Source: a virus
Direction: 5' to 3' (one strand)
DNA: 64,000 bases
Virus record (IMG/VR): IMGVR_UViG_3300010430_000020
Coordinates: 1 to 64,000 of that record
The first letter of the stretch is position 1, and each line of letters begins with the position of its first letter. The notes beneath the pieces were generated by a model, which worked only from the letters and a program-made list of their open reading frames with translations, did no database searches and was not told where the DNA came from. Both the position numbers and the translations under genes were made by a program. Positions 55,372 to 64,000 of the stretch are shown here, in pieces.

Positions 55372-55602
55372 TCAAACTCCGTTGTAATCCATCAAGTTAG
55401 AATTGTAGTCAATCTCCGCCAACTTCAATTCCTTCCAACACTTCTGTCCGCCCGTGGTATTTATACTCACACAATGATACCAATTCTCGCCACCATTCCC
55501 AAATTTCCCATGTTTATATTGCACGCCTATGACCTGTATGGTCTCATGGGTCACTAAATCTTCAACATAATCACCTACGCTAAAGGGAATGGATACCTGC
55601 AT
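55372..55602 (-). CDS. hypothetical protein
   Basis: FSVGDYV; GGAGG SD. Confidence 0.6.
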   Translation of the reverse strand: MQVSIPFSVGDYVEDLVTHETIQVIGVQYKHGKFGNGGENWYHCVSINTTGGQKCWKELKLAEIDYNSNLMDYNGV

Positions 55603-57334
55603 CTACGCCTCCCGTAACCTCGGTAAAGTTAGTAATCTTGTTAAACTTGATAACTCTTTCAAATCTATCAGACATTACCTGATGGCTATGGCTGATCATG
55701 AACACATTGGTGTCCTCACTCAGTGCATAAATGATCTTCAAAAACTCCTCGGTGCCAGCGGCATCCAGAGAACCATCAAAAACTTCATCCAGGATCAAGA
55801 GGTTACAGTGTGCTCGGTTGCGCAACTTGGCGATAGCGCGCCATGTAAACAGCAAGGCAATATCAATACGGAACTTTTCGCCCTCAGAGAAACTTTCATA
55901 TGAGAACTCATCGCGGTGACGTGAGAGTATCTTCTCAATGAAATTTTCATCCAACTCGAACTGGACAAAAAAGTCCATCGCTGCCAAATATTTACTGATC
56001 AATTTATTCATCACCGGCACATACTGCTTGATGATCTTGGTTTTAATTCCTCCGTCTTTCAGGAGCGTGGCGGCTGTTGTCAGTAGCTCCTTATCATCCA
56101 TTAATTCCTGACGGACCAGTTCTAGGGACTCCTTCTCCCCAAGATACTCTTGTTCATCCGTTGCATCTGATTCCCTCTGTATCGTTTTAGCCCGTATATT
56201 TTCAATCTCATCTTCGATAGTTTGGCTACGCTCATCGCATTGTCTGATACATACGCCCATTTCATCGATTTTATCTTGGGACGTGCGAATGGCTTCTTGA
56301 ATTCGCTCAACCTTTTGGATGTAACCACCGATCTTGTCATACGTCGCATTTAATTTCTCTAACTGTTCTTGACACCTATCGCGGTGCTTTTGTTTTTTCT
56401 GAATAGCCTCGCGCGCGAAGGTCTCGTCAATAGATTGTTTACATTGGGGGCACCTATTATGTTCAGCGAAGAATCCCAGCTGAAGCTCCAGGTGTTTGAT
56501 TTCATCGACCAATCTGATTCTTGTGTCGTGTAACTGAGCGGATTTATCGTATAGTTTAGATCGCTGTAGTTCAGGTAAGAGGTTTCCGAGAAATTTGTCT
56601 CGGCGCACATTCTCACCATCGATCCGTCCCTGTATATCTTGTTTTGTTCTGGATAGGGTATCTTTCTGTTGCAGTTTTTCTTTAATGAAAACATTGTTGT
56701 TGTCCTTGATTGCCTCAATATGCTTGCGAACCATCTCAAGCTTGGAATCGACAATCGTTGTGTTCATACTATTTGTAGCCAGATCATCCTTGTTTTTCTG
56801 AACACGTTCTTTAAGTAAGGTATTCATAACACTAAAGATTTGGATGTCAAGTAGGTCTTCTACGACTTCTCTACGGCCCTGTGCTGGCAGCTGCATGAAT
56901 GGGATATGATTAGCGCTTCCTAGCACCACGATCTGGGTAAACGATCTGTACCCGATCTTCAGGATGTTCTGCTCGAAATTCTCTTGGTAATCTTTGGAGG
57001 AGGAGTCTTGATCTAGGAGGGCTTCATCGAGGTATATCTCGAAGATATTGGGCTTGATGCCCCGGCGCACCCTATACTCCCTGGGGCCGATCTGAAACTC
57101 GACCTCGACCATCAGGTTCTTGTTGTTTATGGAGTTGACCAACTGGGGTTTGTTGATCTTGCGGTAGGCTTTACCATATAGAGCAAACACCAGGGCATCG
57201 ATGAATGAGGATTTACCCGAACCGTTCGCACCTACCACAAGATTTGTTTTGTGGGTAGTAAAGTCGAATTCCAGAAATTCGTTTCCTACTGAGAGGAAAT
57301 TCTTGTATCTGAGTTTCTTGAAGTATAAGCTCAA
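55580..57334 (-). CDS. 46: Recombination endonuclease ATPase subunit (gp46, Rad50-like)
   Basis: KNFLSVGN, GANGSGKS, CPQC hook, FSEGEK, LDEVFDGSLD, ISH. Confidence 0.96.
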   Translation of the reverse strand: MSLYFKKLRYKNFLSVGNEFLEFDFTTHKTNLVVGANGSGKSSFIDALVFALYGKAYRKINKPQLVNSINNKNLMVEVEFQIGPREYRVRRGIKPNIFEIYLDEALLDQDSSSKDYQENFEQNILKIGYRSFTQIVVLGSANHIPFMQLPAQGRREVVEDLLDIQIFSVMNTLLKERVQKNKDDLATNSMNTTIVDSKLEMVRKHIEAIKDNNNVFIKEKLQQKDTLSRTKQDIQGRIDGENVRRDKFLGNLLPELQRSKLYDKSAQLHDTRIRLVDEIKHLELQLGFFAEHNRCPQCKQSIDETFAREAIQKKQKHRDRCQEQLEKLNATYDKIGGYIQKVERIQEAIRTSQDKIDEMGVCIRQCDERSQTIEDEIENIRAKTIQRESDATDEQEYLGEKESLELVRQELMDDKELLTTAATLLKDGGIKTKIIKQYVPVMNKLISKYLAAMDFFVQFELDENFIEKILSRHRDEFSYESFSEGEKFRIDIALLFTWRAIAKLRNRAHCNLLILDEVFDGSLDAAGTEEFLKIIYALSEDTNVFMISHSHQVMSDRFERVIKFNKITNFTEVTGGVDAGIHSL

Positions 57335-57430
57335 TTAGCTAGTCCACATCGTTCGATTGGGTTAGCGCTGCAATAACAAATATAGCAGCAATCAATGCCG
57401 CATAATATATGATTAACGCTGTTTCCATCG

Positions 57431-57748
57431 TCATTCTACAGCCTTATTCATTTTGTCTACGATCTGGTTGGCCCTGGCCACCCTCCTCAAGTGTGCTAGT
57501 TCTTCTCGCATAAAACCAATACAATCATGGGCGGCGATATTATACTCCTTTTTGTAGACCAAAAACGTCTTGTCCGCCAGTACCATAGCCCCCTTCAACT
57601 CATTATAGATAGCCACTTTTTCTGCGTATCCATCTGCATGACAGAATGGATTCCAGAACCTATTATTGATGCTTTCTGTGAATACCTCTATCACATCAGC
57701 ATCAACACCCATGATACGCCACCACAGTCTTTTAAAGAAACGAGTCAT
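57431..57748 (-). CDS. hypothetical protein
   Basis: ORF with GGAG SD between gp47 and gp46. Confidence 0.6.
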   Translation of the reverse strand: MTRFFKRLWWRIMGVDADVIEVFTESINNRFWNPFCHADGYAEKVAIYNELKGAMVLADKTFLVYKKEYNIAAHDCIGFMREELAHLRRVARANQIVDKMNKAVE

Positions 57749-57838
57749 ATAATTTCTCCACCACTAGTGCTATCACCACGATCACATAATAAACTGCCAG
57801 AAACACCATCAGACCGCCAATTATGATTTCAACACCTA

Positions 57839-58903
57839 TCATACTCTCAATACCTCGGCCTCATCATAGAGGCTTTTCAGTAGATACTCCAACTTCGCCA
57901 CCTCAACATGACATTCCATGCCCTCGATGTAATTGTTCAGGATCGTGAGGGTATCCTCAGCCTGCTCAACAATCGTATCATCCGAGAGCAAATCAATATT
58001 GCGGTGGTCCTCAACAATCTGTAGGTCCGCCACACCTACACTGTTAATCCGATCAATGAACGAATCGAAAGCAAACTCATTGGTTTTATGTCGAACTATA
58101 ACCTTAACAAATGTGTCACTGATCTGCAACTTCTCCTCGATTTCCTCCAGTAGCTGGGTGACATTGCGCTCGGTGTCATCATAGATGAACTTATGGAACA
58201 GCGCATACGGATTTTCTATGTACTCTAGTTCTCCCGTATCTATATCAAATATGTGAAAACCCTTGGCATCCTTGTAGTCGGTCCAGGTCATCTGATAGGG
58301 CGCACCCATGAAGTGGATGTTGTTGTAACTCGACTTGTGGTGAAAATGGCCCGACAGAACGGCGTCAAAGCCTCTGTAGTCCTCTTTGTCATCTCCGGTG
58401 TGGGAGAACCTACCCCGATCCATTTCCCAGTCACGCAGCTCCAGGTGGCCCAGACAGAACCGTGTGCTGGCCCCAGAGATTAGCTGGCGGGCTTTCTTTT
58501 CAGTCTCTTCGCATATCCAGGGAATGACTGTGATACCATCCACGATGGATGGCTCTGTATGGACTGAGAACGGATAGCCACTCAGCAGCTCATCCAGGGC
58601 ATTGGGGCCAACCCTGTTCTTGTAATACATGTCATGATTGCCCAGGATAAAGCTTGTATGATATACATCCGCATCCAGTGCCAGTGGGTCCAAGAACACA
58701 CGCTTCATGGTCGCCAGGGTGTGAAAGGATATCCCCTTGCGTTTATCGACTAAATCTCCCAGATGCCACACTTCCGCTACATTTTTCTCCTTTAGCGTGG
58801 GGAAGAAGACCTGATCATAAAATACTTCCATATGATCCAGAAGCGCCTGCTTATCGCCCCTGGCTCCAAAATGTGTATCGGCAATGATGGCAATCTTAGT
58901 CAT
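57839..58903 (-). CDS. 47: Recombination endonuclease subunit (gp47, Mre11-like)
   Basis: DTHFG, LGDLVD, GNHD, GHLE, SGHFH. Confidence 0.96.
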   Translation of the reverse strand: MTKIAIIADTHFGARGDKQALLDHMEVFYDQVFFPTLKEKNVAEVWHLGDLVDKRKGISFHTLATMKRVFLDPLALDADVYHTSFILGNHDMYYKNRVGPNALDELLSGYPFSVHTEPSIVDGITVIPWICEETEKKARQLISGASTRFCLGHLELRDWEMDRGRFSHTGDDKEDYRGFDAVLSGHFHHKSSYNNIHFMGAPYQMTWTDYKDAKGFHIFDIDTGELEYIENPYALFHKFIYDDTERNVTQLLEEIEEKLQISDTFVKVIVRHKTNEFAFDSFIDRINSVGVADLQIVEDHRNIDLLSDDTIVEQAEDTLTILNNYIEGMECHVEVAKLEYLLKSLYDEAEVLRV

Positions 58904-59067
58904 TTACTAGCTCTATATTGATCCAGGGCCTTGCCGATCATTCGGTGGCAGTACTCCAGCATCATATACCTATTTTGTCGCGTATTCTTGTTCTGCTTGG
59001 TATCGAGCATATCCTCCATCCAACTACGAACCATAGCTGGCAGAACAGGATTCTTAACTTCGTTCAT
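58900..59067 (-). CDS. hypothetical protein (55 aa)
   Basis: Translated by hand, MNEVKNPVLP...QYRASK; ATGA overlaps at both ends. Confidence 0.65.
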   Translation of the reverse strand: MNEVKNPVLPAMVRSWMEDMLDTKQNKNTRQNRYMMLEYCHRMIGKALDQYRASK

Positions 59068-59591
59068 GTCTTCCCCTTAATGAATTTGTCTATACCCTGA
59101 CGCTCTTTCTCGCGCTTGGATTCCTTTTTCTTCCGTATAGACTCTTCATAACTTCTTATGACTTCATCCATCACATCATCCGTGGGAGAACCTGGGTAGT
59201 AATTAATGTTTTTGCTCATATTGAGCAGTTCTTCCTCAGCCATGTGCTTGCGATAGTTCTTATACTTCAGATAATTTTGTCTCTTCTCCCGGTCTATCCT
59301 TCTGATGAATGCATACCATGCAATGCGACTGAAATACCCAAAGGGGTTGTTGAATTTTGATGGGTCGTAATTGTCTACAGCGGCCAGACAGTTTTCTATC
59401 CCATCACTGACCATCTCGTCCTTATAGCTGTAGTTGTTGAAATTCCCTCGTGATGCAAGCTTTTGTGTTATCAGGAGAATACACTCTCCTATGTACTCCG
59501 GTACGCGAAGATCGTCAACTTGCTGCTTGGCTTTCTTATACTCTACAAGGGCCTCGTAGAGTTGCTTGTTGTTGACGTAATGTTGGGTCAT
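59064..59591 (-). CDS. 55: Late transcription sigma factor (gp55)
   Basis: HYVNNK, YIGEC, NF.NYSYKDEM.SDGIENC, NPF.YF..I...AF.RRI..EK. Confidence 0.96.
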   Translation of the reverse strand: MTQHYVNNKQLYEALVEYKKAKQQVDDLRVPEYIGECILLITQKLASRGNFNNYSYKDEMVSDGIENCLAAVDNYDPSKFNNPFGYFSRIAWYAFIRRIDREKRQNYLKYKNYRKHMAEEELLNMSKNINYYPGSPTDDVMDEVIRSYEESIRKKKESKREKERQGIDKFIKGKT

Positions 59592-59633
59592 GTCTCATTT
59601 CTCACTCCGTTGGTTTTGTTACTATTCTGTAAC

Positions 59634-59661
59634 TTGACAGGCTGAAATTCATCTGTATAAT
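59634..59661 (+). promoter_or_regulatory. Consensus sigma70-type promoter, antisense to surrounding genes
   Basis: TTGACA-N16-TATAAT in the intergenic gap upstream of gp55. Confidence 0.7.
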
Positions 59662-59817
59662 CGGAATGTCCGATAAATGATGTATATAGATACTTAATTA
59701 GTTATAGATACATTATATAGTATCTTTAATGGATAGTTGCGTCTGTAGTGTAAAGAATTGGATATACAGTGAGGTATCGAAGATACCGAACTTATCCCGA
59801 AGGGATACCAGATACTG

Positions 59818-60291
59818 CTAGTGGATAGTTGTGTTTGCTGATGTAATTGATTCATAGGTCTCTTCATCCAAATCCTCTTCTGAGACTTCATCAAACAGAT
59901 CGCTAAACGGATCATCAGAAGAATCTATCTTACCTTCTATCTGTTGTTTAATATACAGTTTAAGATATTCAGTTGCTGCCTTGACCTTATCATCTGTATC
60001 CTGGATACCGAACAATACAGAATACTCCAGAGAAGCTTTGTAGTAGTTAACCATCTCACCCTCCACGCGAGAGATAGCTATCACCTGATTCTTAGACAGT
60101 TCGATTGTAGTTTTATTGGATGCGAATGGAGCATAGGAATGTAGAACGCAGCTCGTTTTTCCGCTTGTCGGGTCTACCACATTATTCATCTCAAGTGGAT
60201 TTAACAGGAAATATTTTTCTGGGTCGGTGGCGGCCTGCGTTTGGGAGATAATCTCATCTCCATTGACTAGTTTGATGTGGTATAGGTTCAT
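59818..60291 (-). CDS. conserved T4-like protein between uvsW and gp55 (Sm-like N-terminus)
   Basis: IKLVNGDEII; acidic tail; synteny. Confidence 0.75.
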   Translation of the reverse strand: MNLYHIKLVNGDEIISQTQAATDPEKYFLLNPLEMNNVVDPTSGKTSCVLHSYAPFASNKTTIELSKNQVIAISRVEGEMVNYYKASLEYSVLFGIQDTDDKVKAATEYLKLYIKQQIEGKIDSSDDPFSDLFDEVSEEDLDEETYESITSANTTIH

Positions 60292-61748
60292 AGCTTTACC
60301 TTATACAACTTGTAGTTAAACTTTTGTTGGCTATAAATCTCCACTCGTTTCATAAAATGTTTCATGGTGTGATTGACCTTGGACTTCCACTGTAGGTTGT
60401 CCGAGACATCGAAGAAGTTACAGACCTCTTTTCTATCTGTTTTCCTTAGACCCCGCCCGATGGACTGCAAGAGGAGTATCTGAGATTTCGTCGGCGCGGC
60501 GGTGATGATGTTATCAATGTTGGGAATATTGGTTCCAGTAGAGAATACCCCTGTGGAAGCCACTATTATCGAATTCTCATGATCATTCGCCAACTTCCTG
60601 ATATATTCCCTCTCCGAACCTTTGATCTTACCCGATACATAGTAGACTGGTACTGAAGCCTTTGATTTAATTGTATTATACAGGATATCCCCATGAGTTT
60701 CAATACGTCTAAAAAGTAATAAGGTGTTGCCTTCAAGAGACATGGCGAGCTTACACAAGAAATTGTTGCGTCTTTTATTTGCAAATAGGAACTCTAGCTC
60801 GTCATTATATCTGGCTTTACAGTATTCCTTCTTCTCCTCCTTGGTGTAATCTAGTGTAATGCATTTTATATTTAGCTGCGCCAGGGTTCCTTGCTCCTGC
60901 AGCTGTTTGGTGGTAACAATCTGCCGGTAGGGGCCGAAAAGGCCCTGCAGGACTAGCTTGTTAGTATGTGTACCATCCAAACTACCAGTAAAACCAAACC
61001 GTAGCTGACAATCAGTAAGACTCTCCATGATTTTAGCCAGCTCTTTCGCCTTGAACTTATGAGCTTCATCGCCGATCACCAGTTGGAATTGTTCGAACCA
61101 TTTTTTGTCTTGACGCGCAGCGGACTGCCATGTACAGACCGAGATGGGCTTGTCAGTCCACTTATCCTTACCAGCAGAAATGGTGTGTACATGACTATCG
61201 GAATCGAATCCATAATCGGCAAAGTCCGAGAACATCTGCAAAAGAAGATTGAGAGAATCAACGATTATGAGAGTCTTACAGCTGTAGTATCTCAACAGCA
61301 TGTAGATCATCAAAGACTTGCCGCTGCCTGTAGGCGAAACGAACAAGGCGCGCCTGTTCCGAACACAGTGCGCGAACGACTCTATCTGGAAATCACGCTC
61401 TTCAAATTGCTCTGGAAGATTTAGAGAATCGTAAAACTCGCGGGCTTCTTGTAGGGAGAATGGCTCAGATTTACCAAGGTCGCCTTCATATGTGACCTGA
61501 TATCCCCGGTCGATGGCGAACTTCTCTATTTCCTTGGTCAAGCCTTTGTAGATCGTGCTGTTCCTGGAGTTGAACAGTCGAATTTTGCCATCCCACATCT
61601 TGTTCTTGTAAGATGGTATGTACTGATACCCAGGTACGAGAAAAGTAAAGTGCTCGCGCAGCTCCTGGCGAATATGCTCTGGACAATCAATGCGGATATA
61701 GACCTCATTGACTGCCCGGAGACTTACAATATCACTCGTTTGCTCCAA
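60288..61748 (-). CDS. uvsW: UvsW RNA-DNA/DNA helicase (start uncertain)
   Basis: WDGKIRLF, SPTGSGKS, GDEAH, GFTGS, FSTG.NI, LQSIGRGLR. Confidence 0.95.
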   Translation of the reverse strand: MEQTSDIVSLRAVNEVYIRIDCPEHIRQELREHFTFLVPGYQYIPSYKNKMWDGKIRLFNSRNSTIYKGLTKEIEKFAIDRGYQVTYEGDLGKSEPFSLQEAREFYDSLNLPEQFEERDFQIESFAHCVRNRRALFVSPTGSGKSLMIYMLLRYYSCKTLIIVDSLNLLLQMFSDFADYGFDSDSHVHTISAGKDKWTDKPISVCTWQSAARQDKKWFEQFQLVIGDEAHKFKAKELAKIMESLTDCQLRFGFTGSLDGTHTNKLVLQGLFGPYRQIVTTKQLQEQGTLAQLNIKCITLDYTKEEKKEYCKARYNDELEFLFANKRRNNFLCKLAMSLEGNTLLLFRRIETHGDILYNTIKSKASVPVYYVSGKIKGSEREYIRKLANDHENSIIVASTGVFSTGTNIPNIDNIITAAPTKSQILLLQSIGRGLRKTDRKEVCNFFDVSDNLQWKSKVNHTMKHFMKRVEIYSQQKFNYKLYKVKL

Positions 61749-62520
61749 GATTTCCCCATTGGAATGTCTTAGCCTGCCGCCGATCAGGGTTTTTTTCACA
61801 GATGAAATAGAGCTTGCGGTCTTCTAGGATCACCATATCCTTCAGCTGGCGCTCCCACTCGGTATCATCCAGTTCATCTAACCATGCCGCTTCGGTATAC
61901 TCCCTGAACCTCGGGTTTAACCAATTATCGGCAATCTCAGATTCAGAATGATCATGCTTATCCCATATTGGACTGGGATTTTTGATGAAATACTTTCTGA
62001 CATCATAAACATCCATACCATTTTCTAGGAAGAACTTGTTTAGCTCGCGCTGCCCGCGCCTGCCATCACCATCAAAGTAAACCATACCCTTGAAGATACC
62101 GGCCACTTTTGTCATGTCCCAGATTTTATTGAGGACAGTCGGGACATCTTCGCAGTGATGAACAACACCTGTTGCAACCACTAGATCAAAGAAGTCCTTG
62201 TAATCCAAATCCTCGATGGACGTTAGCTCATAGGTCACATTCTGGACAGAATATTGATCGATCAGAGATTTGGTATAGGCCATACTGGACTCTGATACAT
62301 CACACAGTACGAAACGGTTCTGGGGGTTGTGATAGGCCGCCAGGAAGCCCTGGATGGTCCCGCACCCGGCAATCAGAATATCCATATCACTGAAGCTTGG
62401 ATCGGGTGGAACCATCTTATCAAACTTGTTGACAATATCAGGCCCTTGTGCATTCCATCGGGTTACATCTGGGTAGGGATAGCGGTCATAGTGTTTGGCA
62501 ATAGGATCAGATTTGTTCAT
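61732..62520 (-). CDS. Class I SAM-dependent methyltransferase
   Basis: Y..YPYP, ILIAGCGT, FDLV..TGV.HH. Confidence 0.85.
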   Translation of the reverse strand: MNKSDPIAKHYDRYPYPDVTRWNAQGPDIVNKFDKMVPPDPSFSDMDILIAGCGTIQGFLAAYHNPQNRFVLCDVSESSMAYTKSLIDQYSVQNVTYELTSIEDLDYKDFFDLVVATGVVHHCEDVPTVLNKIWDMTKVAGIFKGMVYFDGDGRRGQRELNKFFLENGMDVYDVRKYFIKNPSPIWDKHDHSESEIADNWLNPRFREYTEAAWLDELDDTEWERQLKDMVILEDRKLYFICEKNPDRRQAKTFQWGNLGANE

Positions 62521-62572
62521 GGTGAGAAATCTCCAAAATATTTTAACTCAGCTCTCAATTTAGATTGTGTAA

Positions 62573-63004
62573 TCATATTTCACCATTAGTCCAACGAAGG
62601 AAATCGATTGCATTCTTAATCTGAAACCCTCTGTTGTTCAGGTTTCGTATGATATTCTCTAGCGCCGAGATGCGCTCTTCTAGGTATCCGACCTGCAGGT
62701 TCATATCGATAATGTCTGTATCGGCATCCATATACAACCCAATATCACTCTTGAGAATTTTACCCTTGGGGTAACGCCAGCCTTTGGCGCGGGTCTCTTC
62801 ACTTGGTCCTTGTATGTAGAATTCATACTTGGCGAGTTTTAGCTTCGATAGATCGGCGCGCAGAATCTTGAGTTTGTTGCGCTCGGAATGATACATCCGC
62901 ATATATTTAGCGTGTATCCTGGGGGTTGCCAGCGATTCTACATCAAGTTGAGTCCGATCTATTCTGCAGTCCTTCTCCCATTCATCAAAGATGTCATCAT
63001 TCAT
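62573..63004 (-). CDS. uvsY: Recombination mediator UvsY
   Basis: W.KD..ID...L..ES...P.IHAKY...R.FQIKNAID. Confidence 0.92.
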   Translation of the reverse strand: MNDDIFDEWEKDCRIDRTQLDVESLATPRIHAKYMRMYHSERNKLKILRADLSKLKLAKYEFYIQGPSEETRAKGWRYPKGKILKSDIGLYMDADTDIIDMNLQVGYLEERISALENIIRNLNNRGFQIKNAIDFLRWTNGEI

Positions 63005-63530
63005 TTAATACCTCTACATCAAAATATCCGTATCTGAAACTTACTTCAGCTGTGGCATACATAACATCTTCTATAGTATTTGTCATCTCCCAGCCGGATA
63101 TTGATGTGGGCCATGCATCTCTGAAATTAAACTGAATGTTGGGGTTTTTCAAGGAGGTAAGTAGTGTCAGACTCATATCAGAGAATACGCCCTCGCGCCG
63201 GTAGACATCTCTGTCAGCATCCGTCAATTCCTTATACTGAGAGAAGTCCTTGGGAAAGGCCAGTCCTGTGAGCCAATTGTGTAACTCCTGGTATCCATTC
63301 AGGTTTTCATCCATAATGATCGTCATATCCAGGGACGCATAGGTCATGTGATCGCCCGCGAATGGTAGTGTCACAAACTGGTTCCCGACATCAACCGCTG
63401 GCAGATCGAGACCGGGGATATTGGCTTCCTGGATGAACCACTCAACATTGGGTGCCCGATGTAGGATCAGGTGGAAGCCAATGACCGAGAGATAATTGAG
63501 GTTCTGTGGATTTCTATCTAATGCTACCAT
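62997..63530 (-). CDS. 3: Tail completion / tube terminator protein (T4 gp3)
   Basis: NYLS..GF...P.V.WF.Q.ANIPG, GD...Y..L, DE.L..Y.E..NW; synteny with uvsY. Confidence 0.85.
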   Translation of the reverse strand: MVALDRNPQNLNYLSVIGFHLILHRAPNVEWFIQEANIPGLDLPAVDVGNQFVTLPFAGDHMTYASLDMTIIMDENLNGYQELHNWLTGLAFPKDFSQYKELTDADRDVYRREGVFSDMSLTLLTSLKNPNIQFNFRDAWPTSISGWEMTNTIEDVMYATAEVSFRYGYFDVEVLNE

Positions 63531-63999
63531 TAGTGCCGTGCCTGTTTGTTATTAGGTAATGAGAATCATACTGAAACTCTTTGGGCTCTCTGACCTTACT
63601 ATCGAAAATTCTGTACTTGTGATATTTGAATAACTGGAATAATCGGGGGTAGTTAACCTGTTTGTGTACTTCCAGAACAATATCTAACTGGAAGTTATTC
63701 AGTGTATTAACTGCTCCTTTCCAGGCAAAGTCTTCTGCTCCCTCAATATCCATCTTAATAAATCGCAACTTCTTGATCTTCTTTTCCTTGATGAAGGAAT
63801 CCAGGGTAAGACCATGTACGCCCACGAAATTATCGATGTCATGTCCCCACTGTTTGGTCCTGGCAACATGGAATGCCAGTGTGTTGCCTCCTGCACATGC
63901 CCCGTCCTTACCCACGGTATAGAGCTTTACATCCTGATCTACATCGCAAATTGCGCAGTTCACCACCTCCACATTCTTGATATCCGCGCCCTTGATATT
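63514..63999 (-). CDS. FkbM-family methyltransferase (5' end truncated by the window)
   Basis: TLDSF, FIKMDIEGAE, LEVH; frame open to the window edge. Confidence 0.85.
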   Translation of the reverse strand, partial: NIKGADIKNVEVVNCAICDVDQDVKLYTVGKDGACAGGNTLAFHVARTKQWGHDIDNFVGVHGLTLDSFIKEKKIKKLRFIKMDIEGAEDFAWKGAVNTLNNFQLDIVLEVHKQVNYPRLFQLFKYHKYRIFDSKVREPKEFQYDSHYLITNRHGTNGSIR

Positions 64000-64000
64000 T

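Noticed and set aside
1-64000. tRNA genes, introns or inteins in gp43, gp41, nrdJ, gp46 and uvsW; stop-codon reassignment
   Set aside because: No cloverleaf was recognised by eye (tRNAscan not run); core genes are of normal length and uninterrupted in the standard code, and TAA, TAG and TGA all terminate genes.

Overview
A 64 kb segment of a large T4-like (Tevenvirinae-type) myophage genome, with almost all genes on the minus strand. It holds the T4 core replication, recombination and transcription module (gp3, uvsY, uvsW, gp55, gp47, gp46, gp45, gp44, gp62, regA, gp43, uvsX, gp41, gp61, rnh). Auxiliary genes include class II B12-dependent RNR, PhoH, peptide deformylase, Hsp20, glycosyl- and methyltransferases, a deaminase, a MazG-like protein and a BglII-family nuclease. 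There is also a probable late/virion block and a hyperplastic early region. An alphaproteobacterial host is inferred from class II RNR, ROSE-like leaders and Rhizobiales-type secreted proteins. Most unusual features: (1) a translationally coupled array of at least 8 small divergent ORFs at 1-1296; all 7 complete members end in RYY[K/Q/E]W-stop through one conserved overlapping junction, directly downstream of a sulfotransferase-like gene; (2) a ~1265-aa small-heat-shock-protein paralogue fused to 8 alternating acidic repeats, with ROSE-like thermometer hairpins before both sHSP genes; (3) a repeated early promoter/leader cassette, one copy driving an inverted island next to gp43; (4) an orphan antisense consensus promoter followed by an AT-rich, hairpin-rich tract upstream of gp55. 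All family assignments come from motif recognition by eye, not database searches.
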